A stretch of DNA of 64,000 nt from Longimicrobiales bacterium (GTDB lineage Bacteria; Gemmatimonadota; Gemmatimonadetes; Longimicrobiales; Gaopeijiaceae): contig CBDFMQ010000002.1 in assembly GCA_965249725.1 (NCBI GenBank), positions 1,056,001-1,120,000 on the forward strand. The letters are read 5' to 3'. Under the pieces are notes generated by a model. It was not told the origin of the DNA. It saw only the letters and a program-made list of their open reading frames with translations, and did no database searches. Of the stretch, positions 19,319-27,905 are shown piece by piece (within the stretch, counting starts at the first letter, position 1; the number at the start of each line of letters is the position of its first letter). The translations under genes and the position numbers were made by a program.

Positions 19319-20389
19319 CTAGTCGCCGGCCCCTGGCTGAACTCCCTCCACATGAATCGTCTGGGTCGGATACGCGAATTCGATCCCTTCCTCAGCGAAG
19401 CGCTTGAATATCTCGATGTTGATGCCGTGGTGAGTGGCTCCGTAGGTCGCGTAGTCCGGGACCTGCATGTAGTACACGGTGTCGATGTTGAGCGCAGAGT
19501 CACCGAACACCATGAAGAAACACCGATCGAAGCGGGTGTGATCACGCTTCTCGATGATCTCCTGAATCAAAACAGGAATCCGCTCGAGCTGATCCGGAGT
19601 CGTATCGTAGGTCACACCGAGCGTGAAGGCGCACCGCCGTTCGTCGCGGCGCTGGAAGTTCTGAATGCGACTACTGAGAAGGTCGGAGTTGGAGAACACG
19701 AGCTGCCCTCCGGTGATTGACGTGACCCGGGTAGTCTTGAGCCCAACGTTCTCGACTGTGCCCGCCATGGAACCGACCTGTATGTAGTCGCCGACCGCGA
19801 AGGGTCGATCGAAGACGATCGAGAACGAGGCGAAGAGATCCGACAGCGTGCCCTGGAGCGCGAGACCCAGCGCCAGGCCGCCGATTCCCAAACCGGCGAT
19901 CATGGGCCCGATGTCGATACCCAGGTTGTCCAAGGCCAACATCCCGAACGTCGCCCATACCGCGAGTCGGATGAGGAAGCCCACCGACCCCAGTGCTGTG
20001 GTGATCGTCGGATCCGCCTCGAACTTCCTTCGCGCCCAGCTCCCGAGGATGTAGTTGACGATGCCGTTCGCCCAGAACGCCCCCTGAATGATGAAACCCA
20101 GAATCACGAGCCGCGACATCACGGAGTCGACTTCGGCGGGGAGTTCGAGACTGCGTGCCCCCGCGTAGAAGGCCACCAAGGCGACGAAGAGTCCCTTGGT
20201 CTTCTCGAGGAGCTCGGTTACCAGATCGTCGACATCCGTCTCCGTCTTGGCTGCCAGAGCCTTCATTCGGCTCAACACGACCCGGAACACGACCCGGACC
20301 GCTGCCCAAACGACGCCCGCGACGACCAGCGCCACGATCCACTCTTGTGCGGTGTTGCCGAGAAACGACCCGCTCAGGAAGTCATTCAT
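19319..20389 (-). CDS. mscS: Small-conductance mechanosensitive channel family protein
   Basis: AGLGIGGLALGLALQ..LSDLFAS, DRPF.VGD, GTVENVGLKTT, GIEFAYPT; GGAG SD. Confidence 0.92.
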   Translation of the reverse strand: MNDFLSGSFLGNTAQEWIVALVVAGVVWAAVRVVFRVVLSRMKALAAKTETDVDDLVTELLEKTKGLFVALVAFYAGARSLELPAEVDSVMSRLVILGFIIQGAFWANGIVNYILGSWARRKFEADPTITTALGSVGFLIRLAVWATFGMLALDNLGIDIGPMIAGLGIGGLALGLALQGTLSDLFASFSIVFDRPFAVGDYIQVGSMAGTVENVGLKTTRVTSITGGQLVFSNSDLLSSRIQNFQRRDERRCAFTLGVTYDTTPDQLERIPVLIQEIIEKRDHTRFDRCFFMVFGDSALNIDTVYYMQVPDYATYGATHHGINIEIFKRFAEEGIEFAYPTQTIHVEGVQPGAGD

Positions 20390-20493
20390 GAAATCTCCGA
20401 CTCAGGCTTGAAACAGAACACATACGGGACGAACGCCCACCAAAACTGTCAGTAGCATTACACCGGAGCAACCACCCTGGGCGGGTGCGTCCC

Positions 20494-20510
20494 TGCAACA
20501 CATTCGTGCG
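20494..20510. promoter_or_regulatory. Possible NtrC-like operator
   Basis: TGCAACACATTCGTGCG versus NtrC consensus TGCACCA-N3-TGGTGCA (11/14), 17 bp upstream of the glnA -35. Confidence 0.3.
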
Positions 20511-20527
20511 CACGCTCCACACAAAGG

Positions 20528-20556
20528 TTGACACACATCAGAGGCTGTTCTATCAT
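20528..20556 (+). promoter_or_regulatory. Sigma70-type promoter of glnA
   Basis: TTGACA-17 bp-TATCAT. Confidence 0.75.
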
Positions 20557-20561
20557 CGCAC

Positions 20562-20739
20562 GTGCCGCACATAATTTTGCCGTCGAGAGGGGCCCTGTGA
20601 GGGCCCGCGACCCTCGGTTGGATTTTCCCGACCAGGCCCTGGAGGAAGTGTCTCCTCCGGCCTGGTTTTCGCTTTTAGGGGCATTGAGTCCCCATCGCTT
20701 TATCCCCTTCCCCACCCAGCACTTGGAGGAGTTGTACCC
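20562..20739 (+). promoter_or_regulatory. Structured glnA 5' leader with terminator-like hairpin (candidate attenuator/riboswitch)
   Basis: Hairpin 20584-20616; hairpin 20631-20666 followed by TTTCGCTTTT; alternative pairings possible (see findings). Confidence 0.5.
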
Positions 20740-22158
20740 ATGAGCCTCGATGCCCTTCTGTACGACGTCGAAGCGTTTCGTGAAGAGATGGAGGACTACG
20801 TCGACGAGTTGGATTCTCGAAACGGGCTATCCCTGAACACGCCCGAAGAGGTCCTCAAATACGTCGAAGAGTACGGAATCTCCTCGATCCGCATTTGGTT
20901 CACCGACTTGATCGGGTTCCTTAAGTCCTTTTCGATCACCCCCAAAGAACTCAAGGGAGCCTTCGAAGAGGGGATGGGCTTCGATGGATCTTCCATCGAG
21001 GGGTACAGGCGCATCCAAGAGAGCGACATGATCGCCGTGCCTATCGCATCTACGGCGCAGGCGCTGCCGTTCCGGCCCGGAGGCTCTCGTTCGATACGGA
21101 TGTTCGCCGAAATCCGTAACCCGGACGGCTCCGCATACATGTCGGATCCGAGGGTGATCCTCTCGCAGAACCTCGAGCGGCTGAGCGAGCACGGGTATTC
21201 GCACATGAACATCGGGCCCGAGGCCGAGTTCTTCTATTTCAAGGACGAGACGGGACCGACGCTGCTGGACAACGCCGGCTATTTCGACATCAACCCCGTG
21301 GACGTCGGGGACGATATTCGTGAGGTGACCTGCTTCGCTCTCGAAGCCATGGGTGTGCCTGTCGAATATCACCACTCCGAAGTCGGACCCTCCCAGCACG
21401 AGATCGACATCCGCTACCAAGAGGCGCTGCGGATGGCCGACAACCTCCAGACGTACAAGTACATCGTTAAGGAAGTCGCGAGGCGCTGTGGGGTTTTCGC
21501 CACGTTCATGCCCAAGCCGATCGCCAATCAGAACGGCAGCGGCATGCACGTGCACCTGTCGATTTTCAAGGACGAAAAGACCAACGCGTTCTACGACAAG
21601 AGCGATGAGCATCATCTGAGCGCCACGGCCAAGCACTTCATCGCGGGCGTCTTGGATCACTCCAGAGAAATCGCTCTGATCACGAACCAGATGCACAACT
21701 CCTACAAGCGTCTGGTGCCCGGATATGAGGCCCCTGTCTACATCGCATGGGCCGAGCGTAATCGATCTGCCGCCGTGCGGATTCCGCTTTACAAGCCGGG
21801 TAAAGAGGTCGCGACCCGGATGGAGTTGCGCTTCCCCGATCCGACCTGCAACCCGTACTTGGCGTTCAGCGTCATGCTGTCCGCGGGCCTCGACGGAATG
21901 GACAAGAAGACGGCGATTCCGGAGCCCATGGCCATGGACCTCTACAAGCTCACCACGGTCGAGCGAGAGGAACTGGATATTGCGGCGCTACCGCACGATC
22001 TGTTCGAGGCGGTCCGCGTAGCGGAGCACAGTGAGTTCCTCAAGGAGGCTCTCGGAACCGACGTGCATCAGAAGTTGGTAGAGACCAAGCTAGTCGAGGC
22101 TGACAAGTTCAGACTCCACGTCTCGGAGATGGACCTGAGAGAGCACTTGAAGCTCTAG
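20740..22158 (+). CDS. glnA: Glutamine synthetase type I (GSI-alpha-like)
   Basis: FDGSSI, ESDM, GPEAEFF, HHSEV..QHEI, FMPKP..NGSGMH.H, RLVPGYEAP, NRSAAVRIP, R.ELRFPDP; lacks the GSI-beta insertion; GGAGGAG SD. Confidence 0.95.
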   Translation: MSLDALLYDVEAFREEMEDYVDELDSRNGLSLNTPEEVLKYVEEYGISSIRIWFTDLIGFLKSFSITPKELKGAFEEGMGFDGSSIEGYRRIQESDMIAVPIASTAQALPFRPGGSRSIRMFAEIRNPDGSAYMSDPRVILSQNLERLSEHGYSHMNIGPEAEFFYFKDETGPTLLDNAGYFDINPVDVGDDIREVTCFALEAMGVPVEYHHSEVGPSQHEIDIRYQEALRMADNLQTYKYIVKEVARRCGVFATFMPKPIANQNGSGMHVHLSIFKDEKTNAFYDKSDEHHLSATAKHFIAGVLDHSREIALITNQMHNSYKRLVPGYEAPVYIAWAERNRSAAVRIPLYKPGKEVATRMELRFPDPTCNPYLAFSVMLSAGLDGMDKKTAIPEPMAMDLYKLTTVEREELDIAALPHDLFEAVRVAEHSEFLKEALGTDVHQKLVETKLVEADKFRLHVSEMDLREHLKL

Positions 22159-22173
22159 TGCAGCCGGCCGCCC

Positions 22174-22716
22174 TTAACCGGACTCGCTCGGAGGTGCTAC
22201 GGACGGCGGAGTGTCGGAGGGTAACGCGGCCGCCGCGTGTTCCTCCCTCTCTTCGCGCCAGAACGAAATAGCCAACAGCACCGCTCCGCATGAAATCGCC
22301 ATGTCGGCCACATTGAAGATCGGCCACAGCATCACACCCAGGTCGATCGGCCCGATGAAGTCCACAACGCCACGATCCCAACGGACTCGGTCGTAGAGAT
22401 TCCCAAAGGCTCCCGAGACGACGAGTGATACCGAGATCACTCGGAGCCAGTCACCCGGCTCGGCCTGTTTGAGCAGCACCAGTAGCAGGACCATCGCCAG
22501 AATGGTGATCGGGATGAAGAACCACCGCGGGTCGTTACCCAGCGACAGGCCGAACGCCGCCCCTCGATTGAAGGCGAGGGTCAGAGGCACCCACCCGAAA
22601 AAGAGCTCCATCCGCTGACCACCCTCCAGGCCGGTCAGAGCCCAATTCTTCGTTATCAGATCCAGCACGATCACGATCGGGAAAATGGCGGCGAGAGCAA
22701 CTAGTTTTTGTTTCAC
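22174..22716 (-). CDS. lspA: Lipoprotein signal peptidase II
   Basis: D..TK, NRGAAFG, GAFGNLYDR, VVDFI, PIFNVAD. Confidence 0.95.
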   Translation of the reverse strand: MKQKLVALAAIFPIVIVLDLITKNWALTGLEGGQRMELFFGWVPLTLAFNRGAAFGLSLGNDPRWFFIPITILAMVLLLVLLKQAEPGDWLRVISVSLVVSGAFGNLYDRVRWDRGVVDFIGPIDLGVMLWPIFNVADMAISCGAVLLAISFWREEREEHAAAALPSDTPPSVAPPSESG

Positions 22717-22881
22717 GGGCCTCTGATACCAGTGGGAATCCAGCTTTGAAGCCCCCGAATCTCGCGGTGACCCTCATCACACGCCAGAGGGCCGGACCGG
22801 CGGCGGTGGCGGTCCACCTGCTTCGGGCTCAGGTTGATCCGATCGACTGGCTTCCCCTCAGGCCCAGTAGGAGAGACCACC

Positions 22882-23667
22882 ATGTCGTCATGCCTCTCGG
22901 GGATTACCCGGCTCACTGTAGCCGTGCTGTGCGTCCTCGTCCTCCGTCCCGCCCACGCGCAAGGTCAGAACGGTGAGCCGGAGACTACGGCCGAGCCCTG
23001 GCCTCCCGTCGCCACCTTTTCGATCCTCGGCTACGACGAGGCCACCGGAGAGGTAGGGGTCGCTGTCCAGTCCAGAGTCTTCTCGGTGGGCAATGGCGTT
23101 ATCTGGGGTGAAGCCGGAGTCGGAGTCGTAGCGACGCAGGCCATCGTAGATGTGAGCTACGGTCCTCAAGCTCTGGAGCTGCTGAGACAGGGCCTGTCCC
23201 CTGCCCAAGTCGTCGAGCGGGTGCTCGCGAACGACCCCAACCCGCGGCCCGACCGGTGGACCATTGAGGGGCGCCAGTTCTCTGTGATGAACGCTCAAGG
23301 CGAAGTGGCCACCCACACCGGGCCCGGAGCGAGTGACTGGGCCGGCCATAGGCTCAGCCGCCACGCGTCCGCCCAGGGCAACATCTTGGCGGGCCCCGCG
23401 GTGGTGGATGAGATGATCCGAGGGTTCGAACAGACGGAGGGTCACCTCTCGCTCAGGCTCCTCGCTGCACTAGAGCACGGTCAGGCCGCCGGCGGGGACA
23501 GGCGTGGGATGCAGTCCGCCGCCATGCTCATCGTGAAGGAGGACGGAGGGGTGTGGTTGAACAACGACGTCGTGCTTCGACTCCAGGTCGATGATCACGT
23601 CGAGCCGATCCAGGAACTGCGAAGGCTCGTGGAGATCGCGGCCGCCCGAAGAGAACGGCGCCGGTAG
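22882..23667 (+). CDS. Secreted DUF1028 (Ntn-hydrolase-like) protein
   Basis: Signal peptide; ATFSI, GVAVQS, GVGVVATQA, QGNILAG, AGGDRRG.QSAA, LQVDDH.EP; AGGAG SD. Confidence 0.88.
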   Translation: MSSCLSGITRLTVAVLCVLVLRPAHAQGQNGEPETTAEPWPPVATFSILGYDEATGEVGVAVQSRVFSVGNGVIWGEAGVGVVATQAIVDVSYGPQALELLRQGLSPAQVVERVLANDPNPRPDRWTIEGRQFSVMNAQGEVATHTGPGASDWAGHRLSRHASAQGNILAGPAVVDEMIRGFEQTEGHLSLRLLAALEHGQAAGGDRRGMQSAAMLIVKEDGGVWLNNDVVLRLQVDDHVEPIQELRRLVEIAAARRERRR

Positions 23668-23677
23668 CACCTCACGC

Positions 23678-24069
23678 TTAGGGCCGGTCCCCTTCGGGCC
23701 GCGGATTGGAGGTGTTGCCCACGACCCGCCAACCCTCGGGGCCCCTCTCGTAGAGCTCCACCCAAGCCCAGATGGCGTCGATGGGGGTCTCCCGTCCGTC
23801 CTCGCCTCGCTGCGCACCTTGCACCTGCACCTCGGCGATCAACCAACCGAGCGATCCGTCCTCCGAGACGCGAACCACGGGTCTACGCAGGTCCTGATAC
23901 GCGGTGAAGGTGGCGGAAGCCAAGTACGGCTCTCTCGCTTGGCGTCGGTCGTCGCTGCTGGGGAACGTCACGCGGCCCCCGTTTACCGACACGTATTCGT
24001 CGGCCTCGAGGGCCATCCACGGAGCTACGTCACCTTGTCGGTGTGACTCCAAGATCTGTTCGTGGATTC
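23678..24069 (-). pseudogene. NTF2/SnoaL-like (DUF4440-type) gene apparently lacking its native 5' end
   Basis: IHEQILESHR...PVVRVSEDGSLGW...WVELYER..EGWRVVG fits an NTF2-like fold. The track's TTG start has no SD and its first residues are a shadow of another frame. Confidence 0.5.
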
Positions 24070-24159
24070 CGGGAGGTCCTCCGTCATGCTCACCAGACGA
24101 TCCACGTCCCAAGCCCGTAGTCCCTGCTCAGACGGACGAAAGTGATACTGCTTCCTCAC
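24025..24159 (-). pseudogene. 5' fragment of a conserved hypothetical (MRKQYHFRPS...WDVDRLV) gene, 44 codons
   Basis: GTG overlaps the upstream stop (GTGA). The first 30 codons resemble a family N-terminus I recall from memory; the frame then stops at TAG. Confidence 0.55.
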
Positions 24160-24629
24160 TGTGTGCCCTCGGACAGGAGCCGCCGCTCTTCGGCCTCCCT
24201 CAACTCCGCCCTTCGGGCGATAGCCACGGAACCGGGAGCGAAGGTCCCGCCCAGGACGCCGGTCAGCAGAACGGCCTCAATGATGTCTACGACGGTCGTG
24301 CCGGCGGCGAACGCGCCCATCATCCCGAACGCTACAGGCACCAAGACCGCCCCGAGGACTCCGAACACCGCCACCTTGCCAAGAGAGAGGTCGAGGATGG
24401 TCCTCCGCCCCTCGCCAACCGATAGCAGCGTCCCGAAGCCCACTCCTGAGAAGAAGCCGTATAGTCCTATGCCGATGGCATAGTCCAAGATCGGGTTGGT
24501 CCACATCCAGACTTCCGGCGACATCACTCCCACCAGGAGCCCGATTCCGGCCCCGATGCCCCCCCACAGAGTGCCCCACGTCAGGCCGACACCCATCAGG
24601 CCCCGCAAGCGTCGAAGTAACTTCCTCAT
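24156..24629 (-). CDS. Hypothetical 4-TM membrane protein
   Basis: Start MRKLLRRLRG with AAGGAG SD; four Gly-rich hydrophobic segments. Confidence 0.8.
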   Translation of the reverse strand: MRKLLRRLRGLMGVGLTWGTLWGGIGAGIGLLVGVMSPEVWMWTNPILDYAIGIGLYGFFSGVGFGTLLSVGEGRRTILDLSLGKVAVFGVLGAVLVPVAFGMMGAFAAGTTVVDIIEAVLLTGVLGGTFAPGSVAIARRAELREAEERRLLSEGTQ

Positions 24630-25399
24630 CACATCTCCTTCACAAAGCCGGCCGCGCTTTCTGGTCGCGGAAACCTGATCTCTCCGGCCAACAGCCGTCC
24701 GCACGGCTGGAGACCACCCCTCCGCAACGCCCCGATTGAGCCGTGATTGCCGGGCTCGCATCGGGCCGCTGGCAACTTCCCTTCCTCGCTGCACACCCGC
24801 CGCAGCTCCTGGACCAAGAAACTCCCTACTCCCTGGCGCCGGGCCTCTTCGACGACCTCCATGTGGATATCACCATACGGTGGGTTGTAGTGGTACAGTA
24901 CACCCCCGGCTGCGATCACCGAGCCGTTTCGCTCTACCACCCACTCACCGTCCGGGCCCACGTCTCCGGGCTCTCTCGGGCGGAGGACAGTGTCTGCGCA
25001 GATCAGTTCCGTGGGGGGTCCGTCCTCGAACAGGATATGCTCCTCCGCGACGTCAGTCGCGCAATCCCGCAGCATCGCCGCCATAGCCGGTAGGTTCGTC
25101 TGGGCCTCGATGTGTGTTGCGCCACTGATACGCACCACTTCCGTGAAGAGGATCAGCGCTTCCTCTGGATCTTCACTCAACGTGAAGAACTCCATGAGGC
25201 GGTTCTCGTAGTGCCTGTTCCAGACCCCTGCGTATCCGACTACGTCGCCCTCCACGGAGATCACATAGGCGTCGGCGAGCCCCCGGCGCAGAATCGAATC
25301 GCGGACGATCTGACACTTGGCTTCGCGCCGAAAGAGCTCCCTGAGAGGCCGTATGTCTTCGTAATCGGCGGCTCGAACGGTGACGGAGTGCTTGAGCAT
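24629..25399 (-). CDS. GNAT-family N-acetyltransferase (tandem-GNAT-like)
   Basis: V...ARRQGVGS acetyl-CoA motif and N..S...L...G motif. Confidence 0.82.
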   Translation of the reverse strand: MLKHSVTVRAADYEDIRPLRELFRREAKCQIVRDSILRRGLADAYVISVEGDVVGYAGVWNRHYENRLMEFFTLSEDPEEALILFTEVVRISGATHIEAQTNLPAMAAMLRDCATDVAEEHILFEDGPPTELICADTVLRPREPGDVGPDGEWVVERNGSVIAAGGVLYHYNPPYGDIHMEVVEEARRQGVGSFLVQELRRVCSEEGKLPAARCEPGNHGSIGALRRGGLQPCGRLLAGEIRFPRPESAAGFVKEM

Positions 25400-25682
25400 T
25401 GAGGATTTCAAGGCAGGGTCGGTGCCAGCCCTTGTCTACTAACGTGATTCAGTACATCGACCGGACTCTGGGTGAAGCACAATAGGGTGCGAAGGTCCAA
25501 TCCATCCAGGGCTCAGCCCGAGGTTTCTTGGTGCGATGGCCGGATTGTCTCGGCCCCTATGCCCCGAGGATTGTCGGTTGTCGCACCTAAGCGTAGGCGC
25601 CATCTTCGGTTGTAGGCCACAACGCACGAGCACGCCCGCCGGTAGCGCATCGCGGGGTGATACACGGACCTGCGGAGCGGGG

Positions 25683-27905
25683 ATGCCAGGAAACGACAGC
25701 TGCCAATCTTGCGGCGGGGCACTCTCATCAAGCGACCGCTTTTGCCCGACGTGCGGGTCTGGACGAAGCGCCGGGACGGAAGGCGGGGCGGAGACGGTGA
25801 TGTTCCGGCCCAACCAACAGACGCACTGTACCGAGTGCGGTAGTCCGGTCGCGGCAGAAAGCAGCTTCTGCGGCTCTTGTGGTGCCTCCCGACGAGAGGC
25901 GGTGACCGTACCGTCGCAGGGGTCTCTGGAGCGCATCACCACCGATCGCCTCACCGAAGCCACGACCGGCGAGTTCGAGATTCTAGAGCGGGTCGGGCAC
26001 GGCGCAATGGGCTCGGTCTACCTCGCTCGCGACGTCGCTCTGAGCAGGCGGGTCGCGATCAAGGTCATCTCCCCACAGCTCCTTCAGGACGAGTCGATGG
26101 TCGCTCGGTTCCGGCTGGAAGCACAGACCGTGGCGGCCCTCCAGCATCCAAACATCGTGAACATCTACGCGGTGCGTGAGATCGGCGATCTTCACTTCTT
26201 CATCATGGACTTCGTCGACGGCCCGTCGTTGAGTTCGTTGATCAAGGCTCACGGCCCACTGGACATCGGCGTAACGCAGGTGTTGCTCTTTCAGATCGGC
26301 AGCGCGCTGAGCTACGCCCACCGTCGTGGCCGAGGGGTCATCCATCGAGATGTGAAGCCGGCCAACATCATGGTCGACCGTGAGGGCAAGCCGGTCGTCA
26401 TGGATTTCGGGATCTCGAAGGTCGGCGCGTCGCAGAGCGGGCTGACTCAGACGGGCACGACGATCGGCACGCCCGAGTACATGAGTCCGGAACAGTGCAT
26501 GGACAAGGAGCTTTCCGGGGCTTCGGACCAATACGCACTGGGCATCGTAGCCTACGAAATGCTCACCGGTGCGGTACCGTACAAGGGATCCACCTACGCG
26601 ATTATGATGGCCCACGCCGAGGGCACGCCGTCCCCGATTGGTGGACAACGACCGGACTGCCCGAAGGACGTGGAGGCGGCGGTCTCGCGCATGCTCGCCA
26701 AATCCCCCGCCGAGAGATTCTCCGACGTCGAAGAGGCCATGGCCGCCCTGGGCGGAAGGCCCCTCGGGTACGGAGATCCGGTCCGCGACGCGATCGTCGC
26801 GCTCGTCGACTCGGTCTCCAGCGAAGCGGCAGGGTTGGACGAGAGCTCTCCTCTGAGCCCGGTCCCGAAATCGCGCGGACCTGAGGACGTCCCGGCCGCG
26901 GCGTCGGTCGGAGACGCACCCGTCATCGACGAAGTCGAGGGCGTGTCCCGAAGCGCCCAGATCAAGGTGGAAGAGTCGCGTGCCGCGGTGGCCGTATCTC
27001 CCCCTGACCCGGTGGGCTCCCCTGAGCGGCGGAAAGTTGGCGGCCGCGTTTGGCTCGGTGTCGCGGCGTTGATCGCCGTGGCGTTTGGGCTCTCTCAGGT
27101 CGTTCGGGCCGGTGGGACGCCCGAGGTCGCGAACGACGTCACGGTCAGCCAACCGACGGTCGTCGACTCCCTCTCCGCAGGAGATACAGTGGGATCGACG
27201 GGTGAGAGCGCCGCCGAGAATCCGGGAGCTGGCCAGGACGTCGCGTCACGCCCGCCAACCCAGGATGCTCGGCCTCCGGAGGTGGTCGCTCCACCGAGCA
27301 CACCCGCCGTGACCGCCGTGCGAATCGAGGGTGGCGACCGCGTGCTCGGCGTGGGAGGGAGGACGCCGATCTCGGCGACCGCTCTGACGGGTGACGGCGC
27401 CACCCTGGACGACGTGACTGTCGAGTGGAACTCGTCCGACGACGATGTGGCAGCGGTCCGCGGCGATCAGCTCGTAGGCGGCGACGCCGGCAACGCGATG
27501 ATCACCGCGACGGTAGACGGAGTGGTGGGAGAGGTGGGCATCAGGATCATTGCGCTCCCGTCGCGCGAAGAGGTCGCGGTCCTTCTTCAGGAGCGCTTCC
27601 TCGACCAGCTCGGGCGTAGAGACACGGGGGCCATTCAGCGTCTATTGGGAAGGGACCAAGGCACGCAGCTCCAGCGTGAGATCGTTCAGCGCATGCAGGA
27701 GCCGAGCTTCTCGGCCCAAATGACCCGCCTTGGTGACGTTACGCCCTCAGGGCCGGGCGTGACGATGGACTTCGATGTGGGAATGAGATGGCGGGAAGCA
27801 TCCGGGGCTCGGGTCCCGCCGAGGTCCGTGTCCTTTCGCGCTATGCTGGGGCCCACCCCGAACGGATGGCGCCTGGCGGGGGTGCGCCGACTACCTCCGA
27901 GCTAG
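25683..27905 (+). CDS. Membrane Hanks-type Ser/Thr kinase with N-terminal zinc ribbons and extracellular Ig-like domain
   Basis: Two CxxC..CxxC ribbons; GHGAMG, VAIK, HRDVKPAN, DFG, GTPEYMSPEQ, SDQY; TM VWLGVAALIAVAFGL; Big_2-like W.SSD..VA.V; GGAG SD. Confidence 0.92.
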   Translation: MPGNDSCQSCGGALSSSDRFCPTCGSGRSAGTEGGAETVMFRPNQQTHCTECGSPVAAESSFCGSCGASRREAVTVPSQGSLERITTDRLTEATTGEFEILERVGHGAMGSVYLARDVALSRRVAIKVISPQLLQDESMVARFRLEAQTVAALQHPNIVNIYAVREIGDLHFFIMDFVDGPSLSSLIKAHGPLDIGVTQVLLFQIGSALSYAHRRGRGVIHRDVKPANIMVDREGKPVVMDFGISKVGASQSGLTQTGTTIGTPEYMSPEQCMDKELSGASDQYALGIVAYEMLTGAVPYKGSTYAIMMAHAEGTPSPIGGQRPDCPKDVEAAVSRMLAKSPAERFSDVEEAMAALGGRPLGYGDPVRDAIVALVDSVSSEAAGLDESSPLSPVPKSRGPEDVPAAASVGDAPVIDEVEGVSRSAQIKVEESRAAVAVSPPDPVGSPERRKVGGRVWLGVAALIAVAFGLSQVVRAGGTPEVANDVTVSQPTVVDSLSAGDTVGSTGESAAENPGAGQDVASRPPTQDARPPEVVAPPSTPAVTAVRIEGGDRVLGVGGRTPISATALTGDGATLDDVTVEWNSSDDDVAAVRGDQLVGGDAGNAMITATVDGVVGEVGIRIIALPSREEVAVLLQERFLDQLGRRDTGAIQRLLGRDQGTQLQREIVQRMQEPSFSAQMTRLGDVTPSGPGVTMDFDVGMRWREASGARVPPRSVSFRAMLGPTPNGWRLAGVRRLPPS

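Noticed and set aside
20563..20580. Sigma54 promoter at glnA (CCGCAC-ATAATT-TTGC)
   Set aside because: It lacks the invariant GG at -24 and the spacing is one base too long.
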